Source of the DNA: a virus
Lineage: Duplodnaviria; Caudoviricetes
Virus record (IMG/VR): IMGVR_UViG_3300048577_000065
Coordinates: 1-47,830 of that record
Reading direction: 5' to 3' (one strand)
Length of the DNA: 47,830 nt
Numbering within the stretch: position 1 is the stretch's first letter; each line of letters begins with the position of its first letter. The position numbers and the translations under genes were made by a program. Under the pieces are notes generated by a model. That model was not told the origin of the DNA, ran no database searches, and saw only the letters and a list, made by a program, of their open reading frames with translations. Shown piece after piece: positions 44,970-47,830 of the stretch.

Positions 44970-45112
44970 ACCATAGGGCAAACATTTGCCGTCAACAAGG
45001 CAAACATGGGTCCACTAGGGCAACCCTTTGCCTGTTTGCCCGCCAACTAGCGAATGACAGCGGCGTTGTTCGCCAACAGGCCCTGATGTTTGCCCAACTT
45101 TCGGGCTACCCT
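44970..45112. promoter_or_regulatory. Immunity switch: divergent leaderless promoters and GGCAAAC-type operators
   Basis: GGCAAACATTTGCC 44977-44990, GGCAACCCTTTGCC 45019-45032, half-sites at 44999, 45033 and 45086; -10 TATGGT (minus, 44970-44975) and TACCCT (plus, 45107-45112). Confidence 0.7.
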
Positions 45113-45119
45113 GAGCGGC

Positions 45120-45749
45120 ATGCAACAAGACATCGAACGACTCGGCGCCTACGTTGAGGCACGTCGGAAGGAACTAGGGCTCAGCCAGGCCGATCTCGCG
45201 GGACGCGGTGGCCCGTCCGACACCACCATCTCCAAGATCGAGTTGGGCCGAGCGACGCGAATCCTGCCGAAGACCGCACGAGAACTGGATCTGGCGCTCA
45301 GGTGGGCGGCTGGGTCGTCGGAAGCGATCATGACCGGCGGCGAACCGAGCCTTGCTGGCAGCGCATCCCCCGATCTGAGCGACGAGATCGATCTCCGATC
45401 GACGAGCGTGGGAAAGAACGACGACGGCAACATGGAGTTCGAGATCGAAGGACGCGCCGGCGACTCAACCATGACGATCACCTACGGCACAGGGTCTCGC
45501 CTGCGTACGGTGAGAACCGCCGACCTCGTTGAGGTCTTCGAAGCGGCGTTCCACCGACTCCTGAACGTCACCTACGAGGTGGGCACATCGGCGGAGGCTT
45601 GGAAGGTCGGCCCCAGCCCGGCTGCGGACCAGCGCACGACTTCAGCCTCGTCACATACCTCCATCCTCAGTTCCCCGCCCCGCGGGGACTGGGATGCCCA
45701 GCAGCGGGCCGCGAGCCACGACGACGTGCCGAAGGACGACGAGTCCTGA
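45120..45749 (+). CDS. Immunity repressor (XRE HTH)
   Basis: RLGAYVEARRKELGLSQADL...GPSDTTISKIE...LDLALRWAAGS. Confidence 0.85.
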   Translation: MQQDIERLGAYVEARRKELGLSQADLAGRGGPSDTTISKIELGRATRILPKTARELDLALRWAAGSSEAIMTGGEPSLAGSASPDLSDEIDLRSTSVGKNDDGNMEFEIEGRAGDSTMTITYGTGSRLRTVRTADLVEVFEAAFHRLLNVTYEVGTSAEAWKVGPSPAADQRTTSASSHTSILSSPPRGDWDAQQRAASHDDVPKDDES

Positions 45750-45751
45750 GC

Positions 45752-46183
45752 GTGTCAGAGGCGACCGCCAGCATTGTCGCCGTGGATTCAGTGGTGCCCG
45801 AAGGTTGGCGGGTGGAATGGGCGCCGCTTCCGGGCCGCCAGATCGGCGAGACCTGCTGGCCTACCCAGACGATCACCATCGACCCGAGGATCCCGAGCGT
45901 TGCGAAGCGCTGCACCCTCGCTCACGAGTCCATCCATATCGAGCGAGGCCCGTCGCCGGCTCGACTGTTCGACGCGATCGAGGAGCTTGCCGTTCAGAAG
46001 GCGACCGCGCGACGGCTCATCGACGTCCGGCATCTTGGGGAGGCCCTGGCCGAGCGCTGCTGTGTGCTGCACGCCGCAGACGTACTAGAGGTCACGCCCG
46101 CAGTGCTCGAGACCCGACTGCGGTGGTTGCATCCGTCCGAGCGCGCCTACCTGGTCCGACGGCTGGAGCACCATGTCCCCTGA
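45752..46183 (+). CDS. ImmA/IrrE-family metallopeptidase
   Basis: RCTLAHESIHIERG...EE...ARRLI...A..LEVT; follows the repressor. Confidence 0.8.
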   Translation: MSEATASIVAVDSVVPEGWRVEWAPLPGRQIGETCWPTQTITIDPRIPSVAKRCTLAHESIHIERGPSPARLFDAIEELAVQKATARRLIDVRHLGEALAERCCVLHAADVLEVTPAVLETRLRWLHPSERAYLVRRLEHHVP

Positions 46184-46385
46184 ACCGCTCCGCATCCTTG
46201 AGGCGACGCTCCGCCGCGACTGGCTCGACCTGTCGGCCGAGACCGGACTGAGCCCCACCCGCCTCACCCTCGTAGCGCTCCGACTGATCGATGAACCAGC
46301 GGTGATCGCGGCCCACCCGGTCGAGTGCGCCCAACTCAGGAGGCGTCGGGCGTCGGCTCGGGACGCTCGTCGATCGCGGACGTGA
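46173..46385 (+). CDS. 70-aa hypothetical protein overlapping the integrase 3' end
   Basis: GGAG RBS before ATG; convergent overlap with the integrase. Confidence 0.4.
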   Translation: MSPEPLRILEATLRRDWLDLSAETGLSPTRLTLVALRLIDEPAVIAAHPVECAQLRRRRASARDARRSRT

Positions 46386-47580
46386 GCTTGAGCGTCTCGG
46401 CGAGGCCGCTGAGCGCCTTGCGGATCGAGGTCAGCTGGACGTGGGTGTAGACCTCAGTCGACCTGGCGGACGCGTGGCCGACGATGGCCCGGATGACCTC
46501 GGGAGCGACGCCCGCCTCGGTCAGCAGCGTCACGGTGGTGTGGCGGCACGAGTACAGGTCGTACTCGGGAACGCCGGCGGCGCGGCAGAGCTCGCGCCAC
46601 GCCTCCCGGTCGTGCTCGTCGTTCATGGGCCGACCGAACTTGCCGATCCACACGAGGTCGTGGTCGTTCCTGAAGCCCTCTGCCCGCAGCCGCTCCAGCG
46701 CGTCGTGCATCCACGGCACGATCGGGATCACTCGCCGGCCCTTGGCGGTCTTGGGCCGCACGAGGTGGTAGGCGTCGACGAGGTGCTTTGCGACGTGCCC
46801 GTCGGGCACCCGGAAGCCGCTGCTGCGGTCCCGGGGCACGTTGTAGGGCAGGGCCTGCAACTGCCAACTCACGTCGATGGTGTCGGCGTCCAGATCGACG
46901 CAGGGCCAGGTCAGGCCGCGCACCTCGGCGGGGCGCATCCCCTGCAGCAGGGCGGCGACCCAGCGCGCGGCGTCCGGCCGCACCGAGGCGGCGGCAAGGA
47001 TCTTGAGGGCCTCCAGCAACGGGATCTCCTCGCGGACGGACTCGCCGCGGGTCGGGGCTTCCATCTCGAGCAGCCGGGCGGGCACGTCGTAGCCCTCCAC
47101 GAGCGCGTCCTTGAGCATCTTGATCAGCACTAGGTGGGCGCGCTGCGCGGTCGCGTCGGCGAGGCCAGCGTCGAGCATCGCCCGGGTGACCGCCCGCACG
47201 TCGCCGGGGGTCAGCTTGTCGAGCCGCTTGTGCCCGATCGTCGGGACGATCCAGCGGCGGACCTGGGACCGGTCGGTGGCGTACGCCTTGGGGCGCACCC
47301 GGTGGACCTGAATCTCGAGCCACCGGTCGGCCCATGCCTTGAGGGTGAGCTTGCCGACGCCCTCGGCGGGCGCTGCCTCGCCGAGCAGCTTCCGGGCGAG
47401 TGCCTTCGCCTCACGTTCGCCGTCGCGGCCGGGGGTGCTGATGTTGCGGCGGATGCGGCGGCGGGTGCCGCGCTGCGTCCAGCCCGCCTCGATCGAGACT
47501 TGCCAGCCGCCTCCCGGGAGCGGCCGAACGCTCCCGGTGCCGTGCGGCCGGCGGGCCTTGGCCTTCGCCTCTGCAGTCAT
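46336..47580 (-). CDS. int: Tyrosine integrase
   Basis: GMRPAE (R), RPKT (K), YSCRH (HxxR variant), VGHAS, EVYTH (Y). Confidence 0.93.
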   Translation of the reverse strand: MTAEAKAKARRPHGTGSVRPLPGGGWQVSIEAGWTQRGTRRRIRRNISTPGRDGEREAKALARKLLGEAAPAEGVGKLTLKAWADRWLEIQVHRVRPKAYATDRSQVRRWIVPTIGHKRLDKLTPGDVRAVTRAMLDAGLADATAQRAHLVLIKMLKDALVEGYDVPARLLEMEAPTRGESVREEIPLLEALKILAAASVRPDAARWVAALLQGMRPAEVRGLTWPCVDLDADTIDVSWQLQALPYNVPRDRSSGFRVPDGHVAKHLVDAYHLVRPKTAKGRRVIPIVPWMHDALERLRAEGFRNDHDLVWIGKFGRPMNDEHDREAWRELCRAAGVPEYDLYSCRHTTVTLLTEAGVAPEVIRAIVGHASARSTEVYTHVQLTSIRKALSGLAETLKLTSAIDERPEPTPDAS

Positions 47581-47600
47581 AATCGAACACGCTCCCCTCA

Positions 47601-47621
47601 GTAGGCCATTCCGTAGGCCAT
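47601..47621. repeat. Direct repeat GTAGGCCAT x2, putative integrase arm-type sites
   Basis: 47601-47609 and 47613-47621, between the integrase and the att core. Confidence 0.55.
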
Positions 47622-47703
47622 CACTAGCGGACGCTAGCCTATGCCAGCGTAGGCGCTTTGCCTAGTCAGGCCGTGTTTTCGACCAACCCGAGGGTACCAT
47701 CTT

Positions 47704-47752
47704 TCTCGTTCGCAATGAGAAGGTCAGGGGTTCGAATCCCCTTAGCTCCACC
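47704..47752 (+). other. att core: 3' half of tRNA-Ala(CGC)
   Basis: TCTCG-TTCGCAA-TGAGA AGGTC AGGGG TTCGAAT CCCCT TAGCTCC ACC; the 5' half is absent upstream. Confidence 0.9.
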
Positions 47753-47830
47753 GGGTGAAAGCCCTGGCCGGACACCAGTCCCGGCGCCAAGCTGTTCCTG
47801 TGGTTACCTGCGCGACGGGTCCTCGAGCGC

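Larger units (their letters stand above)
1..47752. mobile_element. Temperate siphovirus-like prophage integrated at tRNA-Ala(CGC); left boundary lies outside the window
   Basis: Ordered set of integrase, repressor/cro, recombination, terminase, portal, capsid, tail, tape measure and lysis genes; tRNA 3' fragment next to the integrase. Confidence 0.95.

Noticed and set aside
47704-47752. Functional tRNA-Ala gene
   Set aside because: The 5' acceptor strand and D arm are missing; it is an att remnant

Overview
This high-GC actinobacterial window is almost entirely one temperate siphovirus-type prophage. At the right end, a tyrosine integrase lies beside an att core formed by the 3' half of tRNA-Ala(CGC) (47704-47752). 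The matching intact tRNA is not in the window, so the left boundary lies beyond position 1. Lytic genes run leftward on the minus strand: cro/xis, early recombination, methylation and replication genes, a late regulator, two tRNA-like genes, HNH/terminase/portal/capsid, tail, lysis cassette, then a second fibre module. Only a few genes are on the plus strand: repressor and ImmA-like protease, a lipoprotein and a DUF4177-like gene inside the tail operon, and a three-gene toxin-antitoxin-chaperone (TAC; HigB-HigA-SecB-like) operon at the left end. The antitoxin ends in -RTDFALAA, a close mimic of the actinobacterial tmRNA degradation tag. Other unusual items: an NlpC/P60-EEP phosphodiesterase fusion as the endolysin; non-canonical tRNA(AGU) and tRNA-Ser(CGA) genes; a doubly coupled repeat-peptide ORF enclosing an antisense gene; an alternative-frame gene nested in the C5 methyltransferase; a G10 tract splitting a HicA-like gene; and two tRNA-sized three-way-junction RNA structures. 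All family calls come from motif recognition by eye, not from database searches.
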